Part shown: piece after piece, positions 51,001 to 63,000 of the stretch
Numbering within the stretch: position 1 is the first letter of the stretch
Layout of the letters: every line of letters starts with the position of its first letter
NCBI GenBank assembly: GCA_965655095.1
Contig: OZ296656.1
Coordinates: 39,742,001-39,806,000, forward strand
Length of the DNA: 64,000 bases
Direction of reading: 5' to 3'
Source of the DNA: Haplodiscus bocki
Lineage: Eukaryota
Notes under the pieces: model-generated
Databases searched by the model: none
Seen by the model: only the letters and a program-made list of their open reading frames with translations
Told to the model about the DNA's origin: nothing
Program-made: the position numbers and the translations under genes

Positions 51001-54000
51001 GAGCGTGCCGAAAAAGTTTTGCGAAAGAAGGCGCGGAAAAGAGGCCTTGCACAAAGGCGCAAGGCAAAAACGCCTGCGATAAGGCGCCAGCAAAATTGAT
51101 CTGCCGGAAAGCGCACGGAATAAAGCACAAAGTAAAACGCACGAAGAAGCTCCTGGGAAAGAGGGCACGCAAAAACCACTCCAAAGAAGCGCACGGAAAA
51201 AGCTCCTGAGGTTGAGCCCATGGATACCTCCGTTGCGAAAGAAAGCCCGGGGAAACAGCCTCGCAAGAGATAGCACGGAAAAAACCCCCGCAAAAAACCC
51301 CTTGTAGGTTGTCCATGCGAAAAAGCTCACGGAAGATAACTCCAAGAAAGCGCCCATGGTAAACGCCTTGCGCAAAAATGTACCAAAAAAGCCCCAGCGA
51401 AAGAACCCAGGGAAGTCTCACATGCAAAAATATGCACGGAGGAGGCCCCGGAAAAAATGCACCAAAAAGTTACCCTCCGGATAGTGCACTGAAAACGATC
51501 CCGCGAAAAATTCGATTGAAACCGTCAATGCGAAAGATTGCAAAGGAGGTACCCCTTGGGAAAAAGCCCAAGGGAAAAATCGTGCTAAACAGCGCACACA
51601 GAATGGTTCTGTGGAAAAATGCACGGGAGCAACCCTAAAAAAACGCACTGAAAAAACCACTGCAAAAGAGCGCCTGAAATGTGCCCTGCAAAGAAACGTA
51701 CGGAAAAAGTTCAGGGGGATTAGCCCAGGGATATCTCCGCTGCGAAAGACTGCACGGTAAAGCACGCCCCAAGAAGAGCAGAAAACAATCCCCCCGCAAA
51801 AAAACCCACGGTAAAACCACTTGCGATAAAGTGCACGAAAAAAGCCCCTACGAAACAGAGCAGATAATATGTTCCTGCGAAAGAGCGCAGGAAAAAAAGC
51901 CCCCGCAAAAAACCGCTTGTAATTTGTCCATGCGAAACAGTTCACGGAAGATATCCCCAAGAAAGAACCCATGGAAAACGCTCTGCGAAAAAACGTACCA
52001 AAAAAGCCCCAGCGAAAGAGCCCAATGAAGTCTCACATGCAACAACATGCACGGAGGAGGCCCCGGAAAAAATGCACCAAAAAATTTCCCTTCGGATCGT
52101 GCACTGAAAAGGATCCTGCGAAAAATTCGATTGAAACCGTCCATGCGAAAGATTGCAAAGGAGGTACCCCTTGGGAAAAACCGCAAGGGAAAAATCGTGC
52201 TAAAGAGCGCACACAGAATGGTTGTGTGGAAAAGTGCAGGGGAACAACCCTAAAAAAACGCACTGGAAAAACCACTGCAAAAGAGCGCACGGAACTGTGC
52301 CCTGCAAAGACACGCACGCAAAAAGTTCAGAGGGATGAGCCCATGGATATCTCCACTGCGAAAGACTGCACGGTAAAACACGCCCCAAGAAGAGCAGAAA
52401 AAAAGTCCTCCCGCAAAAAAAACCCACGGTAAAACCACTTACGATAAAGTGCACAAAAAACCCCTACGAAAGAGAGCAGATGAAATGATCCTGCGAAAGA
52501 GCGCAGGAAAAAAAACCCTTGCAAAAAAGTCTCGGAAAAAACTCGGCGATAAAGCGCACGGAAAGAGGCACTGCTAATTATCGTTCGGAAATAGCCCCCA
52601 CGAAGGAGCTTATGGATATCTCAGTTGCAGAAAAGTGGAGGATAAAAGCTCCACATGAGAGAGTGTACCGAAAAAGCCCCCGCGATGGAGCCCATAGAAA
52701 TCTTCCCAGCAAAAAAGCGCACGGAGAAAGCCCGGAAAAAATTGCATTAAAAAATATTCGGCGACAGAGGGCACTGAAAACGACCCTCCGAACAATTATT
52801 GGAAACCGTCCATGCGAAAGAGAGCACAAGAGATGCCCCTGCGAAAAGCCCACGGTAAAATCCCTGCAGAGGAGAGTGCGGAAGAAGCTTTCTGAAAGCG
52901 GTCGTGAAAAAAACCCCTGCAAAAGAGCGCGCTGCTAAAACTTCTGCGAGAGAGCGTGCCGAAAGAGCCACTGCGAAGAAGCGCACAGGAAAAGCTCCTG
53001 GGTATGAGCCGATCGATATCTCCACTGCGTAAGAGTGCCAGGGAAAACAGCCCCGCGAAAGAGAGCACGGTAAAAGCTGCGCGAAAAGGTCCACGGGAAA
53101 AGCACATACCAAAAAGAGCACGAAAAAAGACCCTACCAAACAGTGCAGGTAAAAAGTTCCTGCAGAGAATTGCACAGACGAAACCCTTGCGAAAGAGCGC
53201 ACAAAAAAAGCCCCCCGCAAAAGCTTTCATTGAAGTCTCCCCTGCAAAAAATTGCACGGAGGAAGACTCGGAAAAAATTGAACCAAAAATCCACCCCCCA
53301 GAGAGAACACTGTAAACGACCTCGCGAAAGAGTCCATGGAAACCGTCCATGCGGAAGTTTGCACGGAAGGTGCACCGGGGAATAACCCATGGGGAAAGCC
53401 CTGCAAAAGAGCGTGCCGAAAAAGCTTTGCGAAAGAAGGCGCGGAAAAGAGGCCTTGCACAAAAGCGCAAGGCAAAAACGCCTGCGATAAGGCGCCAGCA
53501 AAATTGATCTGCCGGAAAGCGCACGGAATAAAGCACTAAGTAAAACGCACGAAGAAGCTCCTGGGAAAGAGGGCACGCAAAAAACCACTCCAAAAAAGCG
53601 CACGGATAAAGCTACTGAGGATGAGCCCATGGATACCTCCGTTGCGAAAGTAAGCCCGGGGAAACAGCCTCGCAAGAGATAGCACGGAAAAAGCCCCCGC
53701 AAAAAACCCCTTGTCAGTTGTTCATGCGAAAAAGTTCACGGAAGATATCCCCAAGAAAGAGCCCATGGTAAACGCCCTGCGAAAAAACGTACCAAAAGAG
53801 CCCCAGCGAAAGAGCCCAGGGAAGTCTCACATGCAAAAAGATGCACGGAGGAGGCCCCGGAAAAAATGCACCAAAAAGTTACCCTCCGGATAGTGCACTG
53901 AAAACGATCCCGCGAAAAATTCGATTGAAACCGTCAATGCGAAAGATTGCAAAGGAGGTACCCCTTGGGAAAAAGCCCAAGGGAAAAATCGTGCTAAAGA

Positions 54001-57000
54001 GCGCACACAGAATGGTTCTGTGGAAAAGTGCACGGGAGCAACCCTAAAAAAACGCACTGAAAAAACCATTGCCAAAGAGCGCACGGAAATGTGCCCTGCA
54101 AAGAAACGCACGCAAAAAGTTCAGGGGGATGAGCCCATGGATATCTCCGCTGCGAAAGACTGCACGGTAAAACACGCCCCAAGAAGAGCAGAAAAAAATT
54201 CCCCCGCAAAAAAACCCACGGTAAAACCACTTGCGAAAAAGTGCACGAAAAAAACCCCTACGAAACAGAGCAGATAATATGTTCCTGCGAAAGAGCGCAG
54301 GAAAAAAAGCCCCCGCAAAAAACCCCTTGTAATTTGTCCATGCGAAACAGTTCACGGAAGATATCCCCAAGAAAGAGCCCATCGTAAACACTCTGCGAAA
54401 AAACGTACCAAAAAAGCCCCAGCGAAAGAGCCAAAGAAAGTCTCACATGCAACAACATGCACGGAGGAGGCCCCGGAAAAAATGCACGAAAAATTACCCT
54501 TCGGATCGTGCACTGAAAAGGATCCTGCGAAAAATTCGATTGAAACCGTCCATGCGAAAGATTGCAAAGGAGGTACCCCTTGGGAAAAACCGCAAGGAAA
54601 AAATCGTGCTAATGAGCGCACACAGAATGGTTCTGCGGAAAAGTGCAGGGGAACAACCCTAAAAAAAACGCACTGGAAAAACTACTGCAAAAGAGCGCAC
54701 GGAACTGTGCCCTGCAAAGAAACGCACGCAAAAAGTTCAGAGGGATGAGCCCATGGATATCTCCACTGCGAAAGACTGCACGGTAAAACACGCCCCAAGA
54801 AGAGCAGAAAAAAGTCCTCCCGCAAAAAAAACCCACGGTAAAACCACTTACGATAAAGTGCACAAAAAACCCCTACGAAAGAGAGCAGATGAAATGATCC
54901 TGCGAAAGAGCGCAGGAAAAAAAATCCTTGCAAAAAAGTCTCGGAAAAAACTCAGCGATAAAGCGCACGGAAAGAGGCACTGCTAATTATCGTTCGGAAA
55001 TAGCCCCCACGAAGGAGCTTATGGATATCTCACTTGCAGAAAAGTGGAGGATAAAAGCTCCACATGAGAGAGTGTACCGAAAAAGCCCCCGCGATGGAGC
55101 CCATAGAAATCTTCCCAGCAAAAAAGCGCACGGAGAAAGCCCGGAAAAAATTGCATTAAAAAATATTCGGCGACAGAGGGCCGTGAAAACGACCCTCCGA
55201 ACAATTATTGGAAACCGTCCATGCGAAAGAGAGCACAAGAGATGCCCCTGCGAAAAGCCCACGGTAAAATCCCTGCAGAGGAGAGTGCGGAAGAAGCTTT
55301 CTGAAAGCGGTCGTGAAAAAAACCCCTGCAAAAGAGCGCGCTGCTAAAACTTCTGCGAGAGAGCGTGCCGAAAGAGCCACTGCGAAGAAGCGCACAGGAA
55401 AAGCTCCTGGGTATGAGCCGATCGATATCTCCACTGCGTAAGAGTGCCAGGGAAAACAGCCCCGCGAAAGAGAGCACGGTAAAAGCTGCGCGAAAAGGTC
55501 CACGGGAAAAGCACATACCAAAAAGAGCACGAAAAAAGACCCTACCAAACAGTGCAGGTAAAAAGTTCCTGCAGAGAATTGCACAGACGAAACCCTTGCG
55601 AAAGAGCGCACAAAAAAAGCCCCCCGCAAAAGCTTTCATTGAAGTCTCCCCTGCAAAAAATTGCACGGAGGAAGACTCGGAAAAAATTGAACCAAAAATC
55701 CACCCCCCAGAGAGAACACTGTAAACGACCTCGCGAAAGAGTCCATGGAAACCGTCCATGCGGAAGTTTGCACGGAAGGTGCACCGGGGAATAACCCATG
55801 GGGAAAGCCCTGCAAAAGAGCGTGCCGAAAAAGCTTTGCGAAAGAAGGCGCGGAAAAGAGGCCTTGCACAAAAGCGCAAGGCAAAAACGCCTGCGATAAG
55901 GCGCCAGCAAAATTGATCTGCCGGAAAGCGCACGGAATAAAGCACTAAGTAAAACGCACGAAGAAGCTCCTGGGAAAGAGGGCACGCAAAAAACCACTCC
56001 AAAAAAGCGCACGGATAAAGCTACTGAGGATGAGCCCATGGATACCTCCGTTGCGAAAGTAAGCCCGGGGAAACAGCCTCGCAAGAGATAGCACGGAAAA
56101 AGCCCCCGCAAAAAACCCCTTGTCAGTTGTTCATGCGAAAAAGTTCACGGAAGATATCCCCAAGAAAGAGCCCATGGTAAACGCCCTGCGAAAAAACGTA
56201 CCAAAAGAGCCCCAGCGAAAGAGCCCAGGGAAGTCTCACATGCAAAAAGATGCACGGAGGAGGCCCCGGAAAAAAATGCACCAAAAAGTTACCCTCCGGA
56301 TAGTGCACTGAAAACGATCCCGCAAAAAATTCGATTGAAACCGTCAATGCGAAAGATTGCAAAGGAGGTACCCCTTGGGAAAAAGCCCAAGGGAAAAATC
56401 GTGCTAAAGAGCGCACACAGAATGGTTCTGTGGAAAAGTGCACGGGAGCAACCCTAAAAAAACGCACTGAAAAAACCATTGCCAAAGAGCGCACGGAAAT
56501 GTGCCCTGCAAAGAAACGCACGCAAAAAGTTCAGGGGGATGAGCCCATGGATATCTCCGCTGCGAAAGACTGCACGGTAAAACACGCCCCAAGAAGAGCA
56601 GAAAAAAATTCCCCCGCAAAAAAACCCACGGTAAAACCACTTGCGAAAAAGTGCACGAAAAAAACCCCTACGAAACAGAGCAGATAATATGTTCCTGCGA
56701 AAGAGCGCAGGAAAAAAAGCCCCCGCAAAAAACCCCTTGTAATTTGTCCATGCGAAACAGTTCACGGAAGATATCCCCAAGAAAGAGCCCATCGTAAACG
56801 CTCTGCGAAAAAACGTACCAAAAAAGCCCCAGCGAAAGAGCCAAAGAAAGTCTCACATGCAACAACATGCACGGAGGAGGCCCCGGAAAAAATGCACCAA
56901 AAATTACCCTTCGGATCGTGCACTGAAAAGGATCCTGCGAAAAATTCGATTGAAACCGTCCATGCGAAAGATTGCAAAGGAGGTACCCCTTGGGAAAAAC

Positions 57001-60000
57001 CGCAAGGAAAAAATCGTGCTAATGAGCGCACACAGAATGGTTCTGTGGAAAAGTGCAGGGGAGCAACCCTAAAAAAACGCACTGGAAAAACCACTGCAAA
57101 AGAGCGCACGGAAATGTGCCCTGCAAAGAAACGCACGCAAAAAAAAGTTCAGGGGGATGAGCCCATGGATATCTCCACTGCGAAAGACTGCACGGTAAAA
57201 CACGCCCCAAGAAGAGCATAAAAAAGTCCCCCCGCAAAAAAAACCCACGGGGTAAAACCACTTACGATAAAGTGCACAAAAAAACCCCTACGAAAGAGAG
57301 CAGATGAAATGATCCTGCGAAAGAGCGCAGGAGAAAAAGCCCTTGCAAAAAAGTCTCGGAAAAAACTCAGTGATAGAGCGAACGGAAAGAGGCACTGCTA
57401 ATTATCGTTCGGAATTAGCCCCCACGAAGGAGCTTATGGATATCTCACTTGCAGAAAAGTGGAGGATAAAAGCTCCACATGAGAGAGTGTACCGAAAAAG
57501 CCCCCGCGATGGAGCCCATAGAAATCTTCCCAGCAAAAAAGCGCACGGAGAAAGACCCGGAAAAAATTGAACCAAAAATCCACCCCCGAGAGAGAACACT
57601 GTAAACGACCTCGCGAAAGAGTCCATGGAAACCGTCCATGCGGAAGTTTGCACGGAAGGTGCACCGGGGAATAACCCATGGGGAAAGCCCTGCAAAAGAG
57701 CGTGCCGAAAAAGCTTTGCGAAAGAAGGCGCGGAAAAGCGGCCTTGCACAAAAGCGCAAGGCAAAAACGCCTGCGATAAGGCGCCAGCAAAATTGATCTG
57801 CCGGAAAGCGCACGGAATAAAGCACTAAGTAAAACGCACGAAGAAGCTCCTGGGAAAGAGGGCACGCAAAAAACCACTCCAAAGAAGCGCACGGATAAAG
57901 CTACTGAGGATGAGCCCATGGATACCTCCGTTGCGAAAGAAAGCCCGGGGAAACAGCCTCGCAAGAGATAGCACGGAAAAAGCCCCCGCAAAAAACCCCT
58001 TGTAAGTTGTTCATGCGAAAAAGTTCACGGAAGATATCTCCAAGAAAGAGCCCATGGTAAAAGCCTTGCGAAAAAACGTACGAAAAAAGCCCCAGCGAAA
58101 GAGCCCCGGGAAGTCTCACATGCAAAAAGATGCACGGAGGAGGCCCCGGAAAAAATGCACCAAAAAGTTACCCTCCGGATAGTGCACTGAAAACGATCCC
58201 GCGAAAAATTCGATTGAAACCGTCAATGCGAAAGATTGCAAAGGAGGTACCCCTTGGGAAAAAGCCCAAGGGAAAAATCGTGCTAAAGAGCGCACACAGA
58301 ATGGTTCTGTGGAAAAGTGCACGGGAGCAACCCTAAAAAAACGCACTGAAAAAACCATTGCCAAAGAGCGCACGGAAATGTGCCCTGCAAAGAAACGCAC
58401 GCAAAAAGTTCAGGGGGATGAGCCCATGGATATCTCCGCTGCGAAAGTCTGCACGGTAAAACATGCCCCAAGAAGAGCAGAAAAAAATCCCCCCGCAAAA
58501 AAACCCACGGTAAAACCACTTGCGAAAAAGTGCACGAAAAAAACCCCTACGAAACAGAGCAGATAATATGTTCCTGCGAAAGAGCGCAGGAAAACAAGCC
58601 CCCGCAAAAAACCCCTTGTAATTTGTCCATGCGAAACAGTTCACGGAAGATATCCGCAAGAAAGAGCCCATGGTAAACGCTCTGCGAAAAAACGTACCAA
58701 AAAAGCCCCAGCGAAAGAGCCCAAGGAAGTCTCACATGCAACAACATGCACGGAGGAGGCCCCGGAAAAAATGCACCAAAAATTACCCTTCGGATCGTGC
58801 ACTGAAAAGGATCCTGCAAAAAATTCGATTGAAACCGTCCATGCGAAAGATTGCAAAGGAGGTACCCCTTGGGAAAAACCGCAAGGAAAAAATCGTGCTA
58901 AAGAGCGCACACAGAATGGTTCTGTGGAAAAGTGCAGGGGAGCAACCCTAAAAAAACGCACTGGAAAAACCACTGCAAAAGAGCGCACGGAAATGTGCTC
59001 TGCAAAGAAACGCACGCAAAAAAAAGTTCAGAGGGATGAGCCCATGGATATCTCCACTGCGAAAGACTGCACGGTAAAACACGCCGAAAGAAGAGCAGAA
59101 AAAAATCCCCCCGCAAAAAAACCCACGGTGAAACCACTTACGATAAAGTGCACAAAAAAACCCCTACGAAAGAGAGCAGATGAAATGATCCTGCGAAAGA
59201 GCGCAGGAAAAAAAGCCCTTGCAAAAAAGTCTCGGAAAAAACTCGGCGATAAAGCGCACGGAAAGAGGCACTGCTAATTATCGTTCGGAAATAGCCCCCA
59301 CGAAGGAGCTTATGGATATCTCAGTTGCAGAAAAGTGGAGGATAAAAGCTCCACATGAGAGAGTGTACCGAAAAAGCCCCCGCGATGGAGCCCATAGAAA
59401 TCTTCCCAGCAAAAAAGCGCACGGAGAAAGCCCGGAAAAAATTGCATTAAAAAATATTCGGCGACAGAGGGCACTGAAAACGACCCTCCGAACAATTATT
59501 GGAAACCGTCCATGCGAAAGAGAGCACAAGAGATGCCCCTGCGAAAAGCCCACGGTAAAATCCCTGCAGAGGAGAGTGCGGAAGAAGCTTTCTGAAAGCG
59601 GTCGTGAAAAAAACCCCTGCAAAAGAGCGCGCTGCTAAAACTTCTGCGAGAGAGCGTGCCGAAAGAGCCACTGCGAAGAAGCGCACAGGAAAAGCTCCTG
59701 GGTATGAGCCGATCGATATCTCCACTGCGTAAGAGTGCCAGGGAAAACAGCCCCGCGAAAGAGAGCACGGTAAAAGCTGCGCGAAAAGGTCCACGGGAAA
59801 AGCACATACCAAAAAGAGCACGAAAAAAGACCCTACCAAACAGTGCAGGTAAAAAGTTCCTGCAAAGAATTGCACAGACGAAACCCTTGCGAAAGAGCGC
59901 ACAAAAAAAGCCCCCCGCAAATGCTCCCATTGAATTCTTTCCTGCAAAAAATTGCACGGAGGAAGACTCGGAAAAAATTGAACCAAAAATCCACCCCCCA

Positions 60001-63000
60001 GAGAGAACACTGTAAACGACCTCGCGAAAGAGTCCATGGAAACCGTCCATGCGGAAGTTTGCACGGAAGGTGCACCGGGGAATAACCCATGGGGAAAGCC
60101 CTGCAAAAGAGCGTGCCGAAAAAGCTTTGCGAAAGAAGGCGCGGAAAAGAGGCCTTGCACAAAAGCGCAAGGCAAAAACGCCTGCGATAAGGCGCCAGCA
60201 AAATTGATCTGCCGGAAAGCGCACGGAATAAAGCACTAAGTAAAACGCACGAAGAAGCTCCTGGTAAAGAGGGCACGCAAAAAACCACTCCAAAAAAGCG
60301 CACGGATAAAGCTACTGAGGATGAGCCCATGGATACCTCCGTTGCGAAAGTAAGCCCGGGGAAACAGCCTCGCAAGAGATAGCACGGAAAAAGCCCCCGC
60401 AAAAAACCCCTTGTCAGTTGTTCATGCGAAAAAGTTCACGGAAGATATCCCCAAGAAAGAGCCCATGGTAAACGCCCTGCGAAAAAACGTACCAAAAGAG
60501 CCCCAGCGAAAGAGCCCAGGGAAGTCTCACATGCAAAAAGATGCACGGAGGAGGCCCCGGAAAAAATGCACCAAAAAGTTACCCTCCGGATAGTGCACTG
60601 AAAACGATCCCGCGAAAAATTCGATTGAAACCGTCAATGCGAAAGATTGCAAAGGAGGTACCCCTTGGGAAAAAGCCCAAGGGAAAAATCGTGCTAAAGA
60701 GCGCACACAGAATGGTTCTGTGGAAAAGTGCACGGGAGCAACCCTAAAAAAACGCACTGAAAAAACCATTGCCAAAGAGCGCACGGAAATGTGCCCTGCA
60801 AAGAAACGCACGCAAAAAGTTCAGGGGGATGAGCCCATGGATATCTCCGCTGCGAAAGTCTGCACGGTAAAACATGCCCCAAGAAGAGCAGAAAAAAATC
60901 CCCCCGCAAAAAAAACCCACGGTAAAACCACTTGCGAAAAAGTGCACGAAAAAAACCCCTACGAAACAGAGCAGATAATATGTTCCTGCGAAAGAGCGCA
61001 GGAGAACAAGCCCCCGCAAAAAACCCCTTGTAATTTGTCCATGCGAAACAGTTCACGGAAGATATCCCCAAGAAAGAGCCCATGGTAAACGCTCTGCGAA
61101 AAAACGTACCAAAAAAGCCCCAGCGAAAGAGCCCAAGGAAGTCTCACATGCAACAACATGCACGGAGGAGGCCCCGGAAAAAATGCACCAAAAATTACCC
61201 TTCGGATCGTGCACTGAAAAGGATCCTGCAAAAAATTCGATTGAAACCGTCCATGCGAAAGATTGCAAAGGAGGTACCCCTTGGGAAAAACCGCAAGGAA
61301 AAAATCGTGCTAAAGAGCGCACACAGAATGGTTCTGTGGGAAAGTGCAGGGGAGCAACCCTAAAAAAACGCACTGGAAAAACCACTGCAAAAGAGCGCAC
61401 GGAAATGTGCTCTGCAAAGAAACGCACGCAAAAAAAAGTTCAGAGGGATGAGCCCATGGATATCTCCACTGCGAAAGACTGCACGGTAAAACACGCCGAA
61501 AGAAGAGCAGAAAAAAATCCCCCCGCAAAAAAACCCACGGTGAAACCACTTACGATAAAGTGCACAAGAAAACCCCTACGAAAGAGAGCAGATGAAATGA
61601 TCCTGCAAAAGAGCGCAGGAAAAAAAACCCTTGCAAAAAAGTCTCGGAAAAAACTCAGTGATAAAGCGAACGGAAAGAGGCACTGCTAATTATCGTTCGG
61701 AAATAGCCCCCACGAAGGAGCTTATGGATATCTCCCTTGCAGAAAAGTGCAGGATAAAAGCTCCACATGAGAGAGTGTACCGAAAAAGCCCCCGCGATGG
61801 AGCCCATAGAAATCTTCCCAGCAAAAAGCGCACGGAGAAAGCCCGGAAAAAATTGCACTAAAAAATATTCGGCGACAGGGGGCACTGAAAACGACCCTCC
61901 AACAATTATTGGAAACCGTCCATGCGAAAGAGAGCACAAGAGATGCCCCTGCGAAAAGCCCACGGGAAAATCCCTGCAGAGGAGAGTGCGGAAGAAGCTT
62001 TCTGAAAGCGGTCGTGAAAAAAACCCCTGCAAAAAAGCGAGCTGCAAAAACTTCTGCGAGAGAGCGTGCCGAAAAAGCCACTGCGAAGAAGCGCAGAGGA
62101 AAAGCTCCTGGGTATGAGCCGATCGATATCTCCACTGCGAAAGAGTGCCAGGGAAAACAGCCGCACGAAAGAGAGCACGGTAAAAGCTGCGCGAAAAGGT
62201 CCACGGGAAAAGCACATACCAAAAAGAGCACGAAAAAAGACCCTACCAAACAGTGCAGGTAAAAAGTTCCTGCAGAGAATTGCACAGACGAAACCCTTGC
62301 GAAAGAGCGCACAAAAAAAGCCCCCCGCAAAAGCTTTCATTGAAGTCTCCCCTGCAAAAAATTGCACGGAGGAAGACCCGGAAAAAATTGAACCAAAAAT
62401 CCACCCCCCAGAGAGAACACTGTAAACGACCTCGCGAAAGAGTCCATGGAAACCGTCCATGCGGAAGTTTGCACGGAAGGTGCACCGGGGAATAACCCAT
62501 GGGGAAAGCCCTGCAAAAGAGCGTGCCGAAAAAGCTTTGCGAAAGAAGGCGCGGAAAAGAGGCCTTGCACAAAAGCGCAAGGCAAAAACGCCTGCGATAA
62601 GGCGCCAGCAAAATTGATCTGCCGGAAAGCGCACGGAATAAAGCACTAAGTAAAACGCACGAAGAAGCTCCTGGGAAAGAGGGCACGCAAAAAACCACTC
62701 CAAAAAAGCGCACGGATAAAGCTACTGAGGATGAGCCCATGGATACCTCCGTTGCGAAAGTAAGCCCGGGGAAACAGCCTCGCAAGAGATAGCACGGAAA
62801 AAGCCCCCGCAAAAAACCCCTTGTCAGTTGTTCATGCGAAAAAGTTCACGGAAGATATCCCCAAGAAAGAGCCCATGGTAAACGCCCTGCGAAAAAACGT
62901 ACCAAAAGAGCCCCAGCGAAAGAGCCCAGGGAAGTCTCACATGCAAAAAGATGCACGGAGGAGGCCCCGGAAAAAATGCACCAAAAAGTTACCCTCCGGA